DNA of 64,000 nucleotides from Curvularia clavata (Eukaryota): NCBI GenBank assembly GCA_023920165.1, contig CP089277.1, positions 744,001 to 808,000 of the forward strand, read 5' to 3'. Shown piece by piece: positions 53,512 to 64,000 of this stretch (position 1 is its first letter; each line of letters starts with the position of its first letter). The notes under the pieces were generated by a model. It saw only the letters and a program-made list of their open reading frames with translations, ran no database searches and was not told where the DNA came from. The position numbers and the translations under genes were made by a program.

Positions 53512-56500
53512 TCAACCCATCTGACTAACATCTCCAAATCCCACTCGCGGTCTCGCACCACCGCCTCTTGCTCTCCCACCCTTCAGTGCACTGCTGCTAG
53601 CCGCAACACTGCCTCCAAATCCACCTTCTCTCAGCCTCCTCTCAAAACTCGTCACGCCTCCGATGGCGCCAACGCCACTAGGTCTTGCGGATCGCACAGG
53701 CGGAGCACTCATGCTGCCTATCCGTGAACCCCTTTCGCGGTCAAGCAATGAGCCAAGAGGACGCCGTAAAGGGCTGAAAGCACGCTGTTTTTCAGGGCTG
53801 GCGGGAAGCTCTGGATGCTTAGCTCGGGCCACGCTGCGTTTTGATGGCGTTTTGAGGTATCCAGGCTTGTTTGTTGTCGGTGGCCGAGGCGTGCCTGACC
53901 AAAAGGTAGACTGAGCGCCGTCGCCGAAATCAAGGTCTGACTCGTCGTCTTCAACGATGGTCGCGGGCGGAGGACGAAGCGCTGACTCAGGTTGTGGGTA
54001 TGTATTTGGGCGACGAAGGATAGAGAGTGGTGGACGCGTCGATGATGGCGTGGGGGCTTGGACGTACGGGTTGGGTGTGAAGGTTGAATATCGTGGGGTT
54101 TGCTCTGGTGTGAGAGAAAGCGAGAGGTCAAGGTCGTTGTTGAGACCCAAAGCACTCTCATCGAAAGCGGTCCAGGCCTCCAATCGCTGGGTTTCGTCGC
54201 CAGACGGCTCCAAACCTCTCTGTCTATCATCGTCCCTATCGTCTTCAGTATTGGCGGCATTATCACCGCCTCCCTTCCTTCCATTGTTGTCTTCGTCGGT
54301 TCTTCGTCCTCTCGACCTACGACTAGGCGTAGGGCTTGCAGACCGCTGAGCGAGTCGTTCTGTAGCCCTCTCCGCCCAGAAGCGGACCATGGCTCTAACA
54401 TGCTTTTCAAAATTTCGTTCAAACAAAGCTTTGGCATTGTCTTCCTGTCTCTTGAGATTCCAAAGACGCCAGCCCATCTTCTTGAGGGCACCTGCTGCAG
54501 CAATCTCAGTGCTTTCTTGTCGAAGAGCAATAGCTTGACCTTCCAGCATACGTATGTCGTCCATGCGCCGAGACCATACATTCAGGTAAGTGGAGGAGAT
54601 TTTGAACGCGTGGAGATTTGTGGCTTCACCATCTTGCTGGCGGATGAGAAGCGTACGGTCGTGCCATTGATGGATAATGGCTGCACTGGCTTGTAGAGTG
54701 CGGTTTTCCAACATGTCGTTTGCTTGTTGGTTCAACGCCATGACATGGTTTGCCTGTTCCCTCCAATGTCCAAAAACCCTTCGCACAAGATTCGTTTTTA
54801 CTGTTCTACGGACTTGAGAGTAAGCATCACGTCGGCGGTTGCGACGCGCGAGGTGCGTAGCTTCGCTCCAGGTTTTCAAAGTGTGTTTACAAAGAACGTA
54901 ATAGCACGCATCTGCCGACCATTGGTTCAGCTGCTGGAAATGCGCTTGTCTCTCCTTGAGCTTGGCGAAGATGCGCTCTTTCAGCTTCTGCTGGTACTCG
55001 GCCACCACCGCGAACTGCTCAGCTCTTCTCTCAGCAGTAATGGTTTCCATTTTACGCAAGCATGTTCGTAACAGCTGAGCACGCTTGAACTGGGCGAATC
55101 GTCTTTCGGCAGCATCGAGCGTGTTAGCACGCTGGTTCGTCCTGGTGACCCAATGTAGAAAAGTCGACTCCTTGAGCTGTCGATCATGGACACGTTGGAA
55201 GAGGGATACCCTAGATGCAAGTGTCCACTTATACAGGCATTCGATGAGTATACGGTCATTGATACGTTCTTCAAGCGCTTTGATGCGTAATCTGTCATTC
55301 CAGGTAGTGTACGCATTACGCAAGAGCCGCATGCGATCGACAATGCGGGCCCGGCGTGATAATTTGGCGTCTTTGCGCCAGTCATCGAAAGTCGAACGGA
55401 GCAGCCGTTTGTTGACTCGTGTTTGAAATTCACGTAACTTCGGTTCGAGTTGCGCTTGTTTCTGTATCGTATGCAGTGTCGGTCGTAGTAGGCTCGTTTT
55501 TCGGAAGTCGTCTGCCTGAGATTGGAGATTTTGAATAGCATCTGACTTTTGCTGCCATGCTTTGATTGTCTTTCGTAGAAGTATTCCATCACGTCGATCA
55601 CCAACCCATGTCTCCCTTTCTCTCAAAATCCCTGTAATTTCACGCCATTTCTGCAGCGTAGTCTTTGCTACCTGTATGTCATGCCAATTCGATGCGCCTC
55701 TACTGAGGTATTCTTTGACCAAAGTGTCCCACGTTCGCTTGACAAGTTTATCTTCGTAGTAGGAAACTGCATTCTGTTCAGTGGTGCGTATCGCAGCGGT
55801 GCGTGCGCGCCATATTGAGAGGAACTTTGCTAGAGCGAAATGCTGGATCTTCAGCTCGTTGACTGCTGTGATCTCTCGCCAGCCGTTGAAAAATCGTGTT
55901 CGCAAAATGTGTCGCCGCGCAACTGACGTTCTTTGGACTTCGTCTTCAGCGCACTGAGCCCAGTGTGTGAATGCTTTGGTGAGTAGAAACAAGTTGCGAG
56001 CTTTCTCGGCTCTGGTTTCTAGGCGCTCAAAGAACCGATTTGTCTCTCGATTAGATCGCCTTACAAGGGTGGTCTCCCGCCACTGCGAAAGAGAGGCTTT
56101 GAGCAAGGTACGACGCTCAAACGCAGTAGCAGCCCTCTCCATGTCTTCTCGCGCATCCAAAAGATCCTGCGTCCGGCGACGCCATTTCCATATGTATTCT
56201 CGTGTCAATCGGTGGAGTCGTTGCTGTTCGAAGGTTTCCGCGTCGTCTATCAATCGGGTATCGGAGAGTCTAAACGGTTCAAAAGAATACTGTCGTTCCG
56301 GCGGCGGCGAGTATCGTTGTCGCTGGCGCGGCGGTTGGTAAGGTCCAATGGGAATAGGCGCATTAACACCTGGTATCTGAACCTTGGAAAGATCAAGGCT
56401 GGTAGTGCGGTCGGTGAAATTGTCTTCGTCCGCGTCGTCAACAGCGGTCTTGTACATTGGCGGTTGCCCACTTCTTCGAATCTGTAGACTGCCACGACTA

Positions 56501-57216
56501 GAAGCAGACGTACTACGTCTGTGAAGCGGTTGTTGTGGTCCCGAGGTTGCGCGTCGAGGCGCAATGCCGTTAACTCTGTTGCGAATAGGAAGCCCTGCTT
56601 GGTGATAGGAATGCGCCTCTGTGTCTGATGTAGCACGCCGCCTGTTTGACCCGTTGTCATGGCTGTTCACAGCACCTTCTTGCGATTCCCGGCCAGGGCG
56701 TAGAGCCAGCTCGCCATGGTCGGTTCCAGCAACCTTGTCGGCCGTTGCATCGAGGAATGAGTCGAAACTTCCTGTCCGTCCCAGGCCTGTATGCGCGCCT
56801 CTTTGCGCCGTATCTATCTCAGCGGGCGGTGCAAAGTCCTCGCCGTCGTCGCTATAACCCACGGTGATCTCAAAATAGTCCCTAAGCACGCGCTGGAAAC
56901 GCCTCAAGAGATCCTCTCCTTGTCGCTCTTCCTCCCGGAGGCGGACTAGAAAGCGGTAGAGGATGGCACTAGTCCCGGGATCTAGATTGTTATCCTCGAC
57001 GTGTTTGTCGCATGCATCAAAAAGGGCGCGCGACGTCGCATCTCCCGAGCGCTGCGACTGGTATACAATGTCATATAGAGTTTCGACAACTGCGCGAATA
57101 TTAGTACGAGCATTGAGGAAAATGTAATCAAGGACACATGTAATACCTTCATCAGGCAAGTCATCCCGTGTCAGGTCCTTCGGGTCACGTCCATTTTGTC
57201 TCATGGAGGGTAGCAT
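53512..57216 (-). CDS. SFI1: Sfi1-like spindle pole body centrin-binding protein
   Basis: Long single ORF with many Trp-anchored helical repeats (AFTHW, FFNGW, LQKW, FDDW, YTTW, FGHW) between disordered termini; start chosen at MLPSMRQNG. Confidence 0.8.
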   Translation of the reverse strand: MLPSMRQNGRDPKDLTRDDLPDEGITCVLDYIFLNARTNIRAVVETLYDIVYQSQRSGDATSRALFDACDKHVEDNNLDPGTSAILYRFLVRLREEERQGEDLLRRFQRVLRDYFEITVGYSDDGEDFAPPAEIDTAQRGAHTGLGRTGSFDSFLDATADKVAGTDHGELALRPGRESQEGAVNSHDNGSNRRRATSDTEAHSYHQAGLPIRNRVNGIAPRRATSGPQQPLHRRSTSASSRGSLQIRRSGQPPMYKTAVDDADEDNFTDRTTSLDLSKVQIPGVNAPIPIGPYQPPRQRQRYSPPPERQYSFEPFRLSDTRLIDDAETFEQQRLHRLTREYIWKWRRRTQDLLDAREDMERAATAFERRTLLKASLSQWRETTLVRRSNRETNRFFERLETRAEKARNLFLLTKAFTHWAQCAEDEVQRTSVARRHILRTRFFNGWREITAVNELKIQHFALAKFLSIWRARTAAIRTTEQNAVSYYEDKLVKRTWDTLVKEYLSRGASNWHDIQVAKTTLQKWREITGILRERETWVGDRRDGILLRKTIKAWQQKSDAIQNLQSQADDFRKTSLLRPTLHTIQKQAQLEPKLREFQTRVNKRLLRSTFDDWRKDAKLSRRARIVDRMRLLRNAYTTWNDRLRIKALEERINDRILIECLYKWTLASRVSLFQRVHDRQLKESTFLHWVTRTNQRANTLDAAERRFAQFKRAQLLRTCLRKMETITAERRAEQFAVVAEYQQKLKERIFAKLKERQAHFQQLNQWSADACYYVLCKHTLKTWSEATHLARRNRRRDAYSQVRRTVKTNLVRRVFGHWREQANHVMALNQQANDMLENRTLQASAAIIHQWHDRTLLIRQQDGEATNLHAFKISSTYLNVWSRRMDDIRMLEGQAIALRQESTEIAAAGALKKMGWRLWNLKRQEDNAKALFERNFEKHVRAMVRFWAERATERLAQRSASPTPSRRSRGRRTDEDNNGRKGGGDNAANTEDDRDDDRQRGLEPSGDETQRLEAWTAFDESALGLNNDLDLSLSLTPEQTPRYSTFTPNPYVQAPTPSSTRPPLSILRRPNTYPQPESALRPPPATIVEDDESDLDFGDGAQSTFWSGTPRPPTTNKPGYLKTPSKRSVARAKHPELPASPEKQRAFSPLRRPLGSLLDRERGSRIGSMSAPPVRSARPSGVGAIGGVTSFERRLREGGFGGSVAASSSALKGGRARGGGARPRVGFGDVSQMG

Positions 57217-57579
57217 TCGTGCACGCGACTCGGTCGTCTCCGGCGTGATCGCGACAACATGGAAGTAGCTGCTGAGGCTGGGAAGTATGCGAGCAACCAA
57301 AAAGCTGCATGCGGTGCGGTCGCAGTGAGAGTCAGACTCGCGCGCAACTATTAAGCATTACAATAGGTATCGATGGGTGGGTGAAAGAAAACCCGTTGCG
57401 TGCGAACAACGCGCTTTGTTGTGGGGGTGGTTGGTTGCCCGTTCACAGAGCGACGGCGCCAAGAGCCTAGTGTAGTGGACCCTGCCATTGACCTCATTGA
57501 CACTGTCACGTACTTGGATTCGGTTCAGGCTCTGTCAATTCACAAGCCCCGAAATCCACCTTCTGAAGTTCGTGTCAGT

Positions 57580-57894
57580 ATGCCGGGACGGACTCGCCCT
57601 ATCGACAAGCTCGCTACAGCGGCTGCAAAATGCTCAAAAGAAGTATGTCCGCCACTTTGCCCCCCACTCTACTTCCCAAAAACTTCACACTCCATGTTCT
57701 TGATTGTGTCTGACATGTGTCAGAGCTCATTGTACGGAAAGTGCATTCTTGCAGACTACAATAACGTACGCAAAGATATGTGTGTCAACGAGTTTATGAA
57801 ACTGAAGGAATGTTACCTGGTGAGATCTGTCTTTGGTCGCGAAGTCACTGACGTGTAGCTGATGTTTGATTAGAAAGCCTATAAGCAGCGGTAA
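57580..57894 (+). CDS. Small Cys-motif mitochondrial protein, NDUFAF8-like complex I assembly factor
   Basis: Three exons: MPGRTRPIDKLATAAAKCSKE|SSLYGKCILADYNNVRKDMCVNEFMKLKECYL|KAYKQR*; twin CX9C spacing. Confidence 0.8.
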
Positions 57895-58051
57895 AGACTT
57901 GTAAATCAATAGACAATCTCGTTAATACACCACATCAGCAAATCTCTCATGTTGTTTGATTGGAAATTTTTTTATCATTTCTTCAACTATCCACGCTGCG
58001 TAGTTATGGCTTCAAAGCCATTATCTGGGAACGTAGTGGCATTGTACATCC

Positions 58052-61000
58052 TCATAGCTTAACCAAGCGCAGCAGGAATGTCGCCTTGTGAAGCTCCTGC
58101 TCCTCCTCTGCAATGACCTTCTCATTGCTGTTTTCGGGTATCTTGCCATCAAGCTCAGTGATGACGTGCTTGTCAACGTTTCTTCGCAGAGCCTTCTCAA
58201 ATAGCGGTCCTTGGTTCTCAAATGCCGCCTCCAGACCTACACCTTCCGGATCGCTCAAAACTCGGTACTCCATGCCCACATCGTCAGTAGGCACCAGGCC
58301 GGCCTTCTTGCGCAAATCTTGTACACGACGGATGACCTCTCGGGCTAGACCCTCCTGCTCAAGCTCAGGGTACGATGCGACATCAAGAATGATGAGAACA
58401 TCGTTGTCTGTGTTGAACTCTTGGTCCTTGTTTGCAGAATCCTGTGCGAGGCCACGCTTGACCATCAAGTCCTCAGCCTCGAGCTTGATGCCATCAACCA
58501 CAATCTCGCCCTTCTTCAAGTAGTCCTTGATGTCCTGGCTCTTGAGACTTGGCAATGCCTTCTTGACCTTGACAGCATCCTTCTTGAGCTTCTTGCCAAG
58601 AACGGAGAAGTCTGCTGATGCAGAGTACTGCACGTTGTACTTCTCCTCGTCGCTTGACAGCACGATTTCTCGCACGTTCAGCTCCTCCAGGATGTAGTTT
58701 TCCAAAGACTTGATGTCATCGAGGTACTGTTGCTCTGGGTGGATGACTACCAGAGTCTTTAGCGGGATCTTCAGGCCCTTGTTGGCGCGATCACGGCAGA
58801 TACGGCCAAGCTCAATGACTGACTGCATGCGCTTGACCTGGCGCTCGACGACTTCATCAAACAACTCCTCGCGGACCTCTGGGAACGGCAGGAAGTGTAC
58901 ACTACGGTTGTCCTCTGCATGTAGCTCCTTGGGAATGTGTGGTAGCAATCGTAGGTAGATGTTGTCTGTGATGAAGGGTGTGAAAGGTGCAAGACCACGG
59001 CAGAGTGTGTAGAGGACCTCGAACAATGTGTTCAGGGCGTGTTTTGTGTCATCCAGACCGTACTCACCCTTCAGTCGGCGACGGTTAAATCGGATGTACC
59101 AGTTGGTTGTGTTGTCGATGAGCTCGAGTAATCGCGGAACCACAGTGTACAGTCTGTATGCAGCCATCTCCTCGTTCACGAACTTCAGCAGCGATTGGCA
59201 GGATGCCAAGATCCAGCGGTCCAGCACATTTGTGTTTGTCTTCTCAGCCGCTGGGTCGAACACAAAGTCTAGATCGGCAACCTTCTTCAAGAGCGACACC
59301 TGCTGCTCGAAGAACTGGTAGCTGTTCCACAATGGGAGTAGGACTTTGGAAACGATTTCCTTGACACCCGCCTCCTTGAATCGAAGCGTCTCGGCACGAA
59401 CGACAGGCGAGTTGATGAGATATAATCTCAGAGCATCAGAACCATAGTTCTTCATGATAAGGTTGGGGTCCGGGTAGTTCTTTAGGCGCTTGGACATCTT
59501 CTTGCCGTCCTCTGCAAGTACAATTCCGTTGACGACACAGTTCTTGAAAGGCAGTTTGCCGAAAAGGTGTGTTCCAAGGACCGTGAGTGTGTAGAACCAA
59601 CCACGGGTTTGGTCGAGACCCTCCGCAATGAAATCTCCAGGGAAGGACTTCTCGAATTGTTCCACGTTCTCGAACGGGTAGTGCGCGCTAGCGTAGGGCA
59701 TAGAGCCGGACTCGAACCAGCAGTCAAAGACCTCGTTCGTCCTCTTGAGCACACCCCGGCCTTCCTTGCTGGGTATGGTGATGTGATCGATCTTGTCGCG
59801 GTGGATGTCGGTAAGTTCTCCCTCGTATCCACTGAGCTTCTTCAGCTCCTCGACACTGCCAACGCACACAACCTCCTTGCCATCATCGCTGACCCAAATT
59901 GGGAGCGGAGTACCCCAGAAACGGTTTCGTGAAACCGCCCAATCAGGTGAGTTGGAGATCCAGTTGGCGAAACGCTTCTCCTTGACGAAGGAAGGAACCC
60001 AGTGTGAGCCGGCGATGTTCTCCAGCATTTGCGGGACGATATCCTGGATCTTAATGAACCACGAGGGAACAGTTCGGTATATTAAGGGTGTGTCAGATCG
60101 CCAACAGAAGGGGTAGCTATGGAGAAGCTGTGAATCTACGATCAAGCGTCCAGTTCCTTTGAGATGCTTGATGATGGCCTTGTCTGCTGCCTTAACGTGC
60201 TGACCCTCAAAGTCGCGAACGACCGAGGTGAAGCATCCTTGATCATCGACTGGATTTGGTGGTGTTCGGGTGTCGGAGATGACACCGTGAGCGAGAGCGA
60301 CGCGGTAATCGTCCTCTCCGTATGCAGGCGCCTGGTGGACAATACCAACACCGCTATCGGCAGTAACGTAGCCATCGTTCAGGACCTTGAAGCCGTAGTC
60401 TTTGAACTCATCGTAAAGGTACTCAAAGAGAGGCTCGTACTTCCAGCCCAGCATGTCCTTGCCCTTCAGCTTCTCAACAATCTTAAACTTGGCCTTCTTG
60501 GGGTCCTTGTAGAGTGTGCGCAGCAGGGATTCAAGAAGGATGTAGTGCTTGCCAGACGCTTCGTCGAGAATCTTGACATATTCGAAATCGGGATGAGCGC
60601 AAAGACCAGTGTTTGACGGCAGTGTCCATGGTGTGGTGGTCCTTTTCAGATGGATTAGCACATGCTTAGTGAGACCATGTTGCAATTTTGGACACATCAA
60701 AGCCGATGATCAAACGGGGCAAGCAAATTACTTACCATGCCAGCAAGCAGGTGTTTGGGTCGTTGACTAGCGGGAACGTGACAACAACAGCCGGGTCCTG
60801 GACATCCTTGTAGTTTTGAGAAGCCTCAAAATTACTGAGAGGCGTTGCCAGCGCTGTACTGTAGGGCATGACCTTGTATCCACGGTATACAGCGCCCTTG
60901 TCGAAAAGACGCTTGAAGACCCACCACTCGGACTCCATGAAGTTGGTGTCCATTGTCTTGTAGTCATTGTCGAAATCAATCCAACGTCCAAGACGGTCAA

Positions 61001-61535
61001 TGGTGGATCTCCATTCAGTTGCATATCTCATGACGATAGCACGGCACTTCTTGTTGTACTCTGCAATTCCGATTTCGCGCACAGCATCGCGTCCAGACAT
61101 GCCCAGTTCCTTGTCGATTTCGTACTCGATCGGAACACCATGGGTATCCCAACCAAATCTCCGCTCGACGTAGCGGCCCTTCATGGACCAGTAGCGCGGT
61201 ATGATGTCCTTGATGGTGGACGCCAAGAGATGGCCATAATGGGGCAATCCGGTCGCGAATGGCGGGCCATCGTAGAAGGTGTACGGTTCCTTGCCTTTCG
61301 ACTGCGCAGAGTAAGTACCATGCAGAAAATTGGAAGTTCTTCAGAGCCGAGTGACGCAAATCTGCCAAGCCAGGAGTGCGAAAGACGGGCTGGCAGATGG
61401 AACAGAAGAGCCTATTGCAAAGTAAAGGCACAGAGATTTGTAGCCACTTACCAACTCAACTTGCCTCAGGAAGGCGTCAATCTCCTTCCATCGCGCAAGC
61501 ACGCGCTCTTCCTCACGAGGGAAGTCAATAGACAT
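58052..61535 (-). CDS. ILS1: Isoleucyl-tRNA synthetase (cytosolic), 2 introns
   Basis: [49 protein letters not shown]. Confidence 0.97.
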
Positions 61536-61583
61536 TTTGGTGTTGTTGAGAAATGACCGTGGCGGGGAACGATTTTCTAGAGT

Positions 61584-61618
61584 TGACTCCTCCAAATCCC
61601 CGCCACTAGCGTGACTCA
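61584..61618. promoter_or_regulatory. Gcn4/CpcA-type sites upstream of IleRS
   Basis: TGACTC at 61584 and TGACTCA at 61612, 50-80 bp upstream of the ATG. Confidence 0.55.
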
Positions 61619-62175
61619 GCTATCGATAGCGCCCCGCCCTATGAATGACACTTGAAATTGCTCGCATGATCCCCACATCTTGGGACGGTATATTCTTACG
61701 TATTCAACATGAAAACAGGACTGATTTCCATGAGGGTGGAAAGGCTTGGTAGACGGCTTGACCGAATACTTCCTACGCCCGCATATCCCCGATCTTAATC
61801 CTACTTACGCTTTGCAGTTGAAACATGGACAATGCATTCAATCACTACACCAAGGAATCACGGTGTTAGGTTCCCTGAATCTCTGAGAAATTCCCACAAC
61901 CTTGAATCTGAAATAACCTTTCTCTTATGCTGAGCTGGGAGCACACCACTCAAGGGCGAAAGTATACACAACGAACCTAAGAGTGGGCTTACTAGGCTCG
62001 GTATTATGTGTATCATTTGAAGAATATTTCTTACTGTGTAGTTTTCCTTCTCTGAAGTACATCTCCCCATCGAACATAGTCGGTAAACCTTCTCCATCCA
62101 AACAAGAACGAACAGCGACATGGCTGCTGTCTTCTTCACAAAGCGAAAAAATACTTCTTCTCTTGGCCCCACACT

Positions 62176-62871
62176 TTAGTTATTCTTAAAAGGATCTGTT
62201 ATGATGGTATAAAGTCCTAGAGGGCACTTTGTAACACCCTGCTTAAACTGAAAGTACGAGTGCGGGGAGCACAGCATGCCACTCCTGGTAACCTTGTCCA
62301 CAATTCCCAGAGGAAAATAGCACGGCGCGGATTCGATTACTTTACTGGTCCCTGGAAAAAGTTCTTTGATGACAGCCGGCGGCGTGGCGGCTTGGGGAGG
62401 CAGAGTGTTCCACGTTACGTTGGGTCCAGGTGGCGGGGCAAAGGGGGAGAAGTACTGAAAGGTGAATTGGCCAGGGCCAAAGCTCCTGTAGAGGCCTGGT
62501 GCGTATTTTTCCTTCGGCAAATCGAAAACGAGGTTGCAGGTTTTACCAAAAGCCTTTCTGGCATCAATCTCGAAGACGAAGATGGTGCATTTGTCTCTGG
62601 GGGTTACGGCCGCCCACCCATTCGATATGAACGTCTGGTCGGGTCGTTCTCGGCTGACATGAAACATGCTTGCTGTTATGAGAGTGCGATTTATGGGCAG
62701 TGTGCCGTCTTCCTGGAGAGGGTTGGCCGGACAGCCCGGGTCAGGTCTGGGGGGCGCACTCATCATCCACACGTTCCATGGTCGCCTTGGTTTTTTGTTA
62801 AGATCCTTGCCTACTGCGTTTACGAAGGATATGATCATAAGAGCCGACAAGACAGTTGCGAGAATCCTCAT
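62176..62871 (-). CDS. Secreted protein with But2-like C-terminal domain
   Basis: Signal peptide MRILATVLSALMIISFVNA; GCPAN; TIFVFEI...GKTCNLVFDLP; TWNTLP; CPLGLY. Confidence 0.7.
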   Translation of the reverse strand: MRILATVLSALMIISFVNAVGKDLNKKPRRPWNVWMMSAPPRPDPGCPANPLQEDGTLPINRTLITASMFHVSRERPDQTFISNGWAAVTPRDKCTIFVFEIDARKAFGKTCNLVFDLPKEKYAPGLYRSFGPGQFTFQYFSPFAPPPGPNVTWNTLPPQAATPPAVIKELFPGTSKVIESAPCYFPLGIVDKVTRSGMLCSPHSYFQFKQGVTKCPLGLYTIITDPFKNN

Positions 62872-64000
62872 GATGGATGATGGAGTGTGGATCTCGAGTT
62901 ACAGTCCCTTTGGGGAAGACTTCATTGCGGCCTTTATGGAGGGTCTACTATATGGGCACTTATTCTGGCACCTCTTTCCTTCAGTACCGTTTGCGAACGA
63001 AGAGATTCAGATCATGGCTGTGTACCGTTTCGCGATCTCACAAAGACGCAAATCTGGTTGCTTAATTTGCCAGATGCTGCAGACATATTTAAAGAGTTAA
63101 CAGGTAGACTCCGAGTCCATGTACAGTCATTGGTAATCATGGACGAGCCACCAGCGTATTCTGATATTATGCTGCAGCACCATTGGTAGAAAAATTTATT
63201 CGAGTATAAACGGTACTCGGTACCTTACGACCACTTCTCCAGAATCACCAGACACCAGCCTGTTAACTCTTGAGGATTCGGAACAATCGACAAAAAGAAT
63301 CACTCGCTGTAGGCAACATCTGCACACAATTCTGAGCTGGGCATAAACCATGACCCTGGTACATGATTGAACAATCATTCGAGGAAACCCGTGCATCTCT
63401 ATGCAGACCGCCATCGAAGCTACTCAGCGGCACATCCACACCGCCATGGTGCTTGCAATAGCAGGACATTAGCGTTCTGGTGGCACACTAACCAACTAGC
63501 GCGACGTGGCTAGTGAAACGTGCCTGAGGATTTAACTTTCCTATAGGCGAAATTCAGGCTCCTCAGTCTGCGAGCAAGATTAATTACGATGAACAGGCAT
63601 AAACCTTATTGGACCAAATCCGAGGCATTCGGTAGTTGCCTAGCGCAAATCTAGAAAATGATAGCTCGATACGAGAAGGAGGAAAGGAAGACAGCGGGAG
63701 CGAGCAAAAGGGAAACATTGCCGTCTCGCCGACGGCGCATTTGTCATTTGTCATAGCTACAGTTTATTGGAAGTCTTGGACACAAGGCAAGGCACATGCA
63801 AGCCAACCCCATGTATGCTGTTGGTCTGGGGGGCTAGCCTTGCGCATATAATAGTACCGGATCTTACCTACGCTTTTTGGCTCTCTATGTATATTACGCC
63901 GAAAGTCGGTCTGACACTACCAAGCTTCCATGTTTTTCTTTCTTGCACAAGACTGAGAAGGATTCGTTGGATGCACGTATAGGTATGTCGATATAACGGT

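Overview
Eukaryotic, intron-containing DNA from a filamentous ascomycete (GT-AG introns with CTAAC/CTGAC branch points; gene content looks Dothideomycete/Pleosporales-like, which is an inference). Left part (about 1-24 kb) is accessory/metabolic: SDR, FAD monooxygenase, sugar-porter MFS, F-box-like protein, cytochrome P450, a pseudogene, a membrane protein, an amidase and an Egh16/GAS1-like secreted protein. About 24-33 kb is a tract of decayed minus-strand genes that includes SNF2-ATPase and chromodomain relics. The right part is mostly housekeeping: glutathione-dependent formaldehyde dehydrogenase, AhpC/TSA-like protein, SET-domain protein, secreted alpha/beta hydrolase, MAPKK Mkk1, PheRS beta, tannase/feruloyl esterase, Sfi1, NDUFAF8-like, IleRS and a But2-domain protein. 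Best novelty candidates: a two-exon, Kex2-processed 6-Cys secreted micropeptide missed by the ORF track (42553-42817); a long stem-loop intron beside a 15-nt microexon in the formaldehyde dehydrogenase gene, whose stem motif recurs in two other introns; the decayed chromatin-gene island; and a 22-nt triplication that frameshifts a small Cys-rich gene. All gene models and family calls were made by eye, without database searches.
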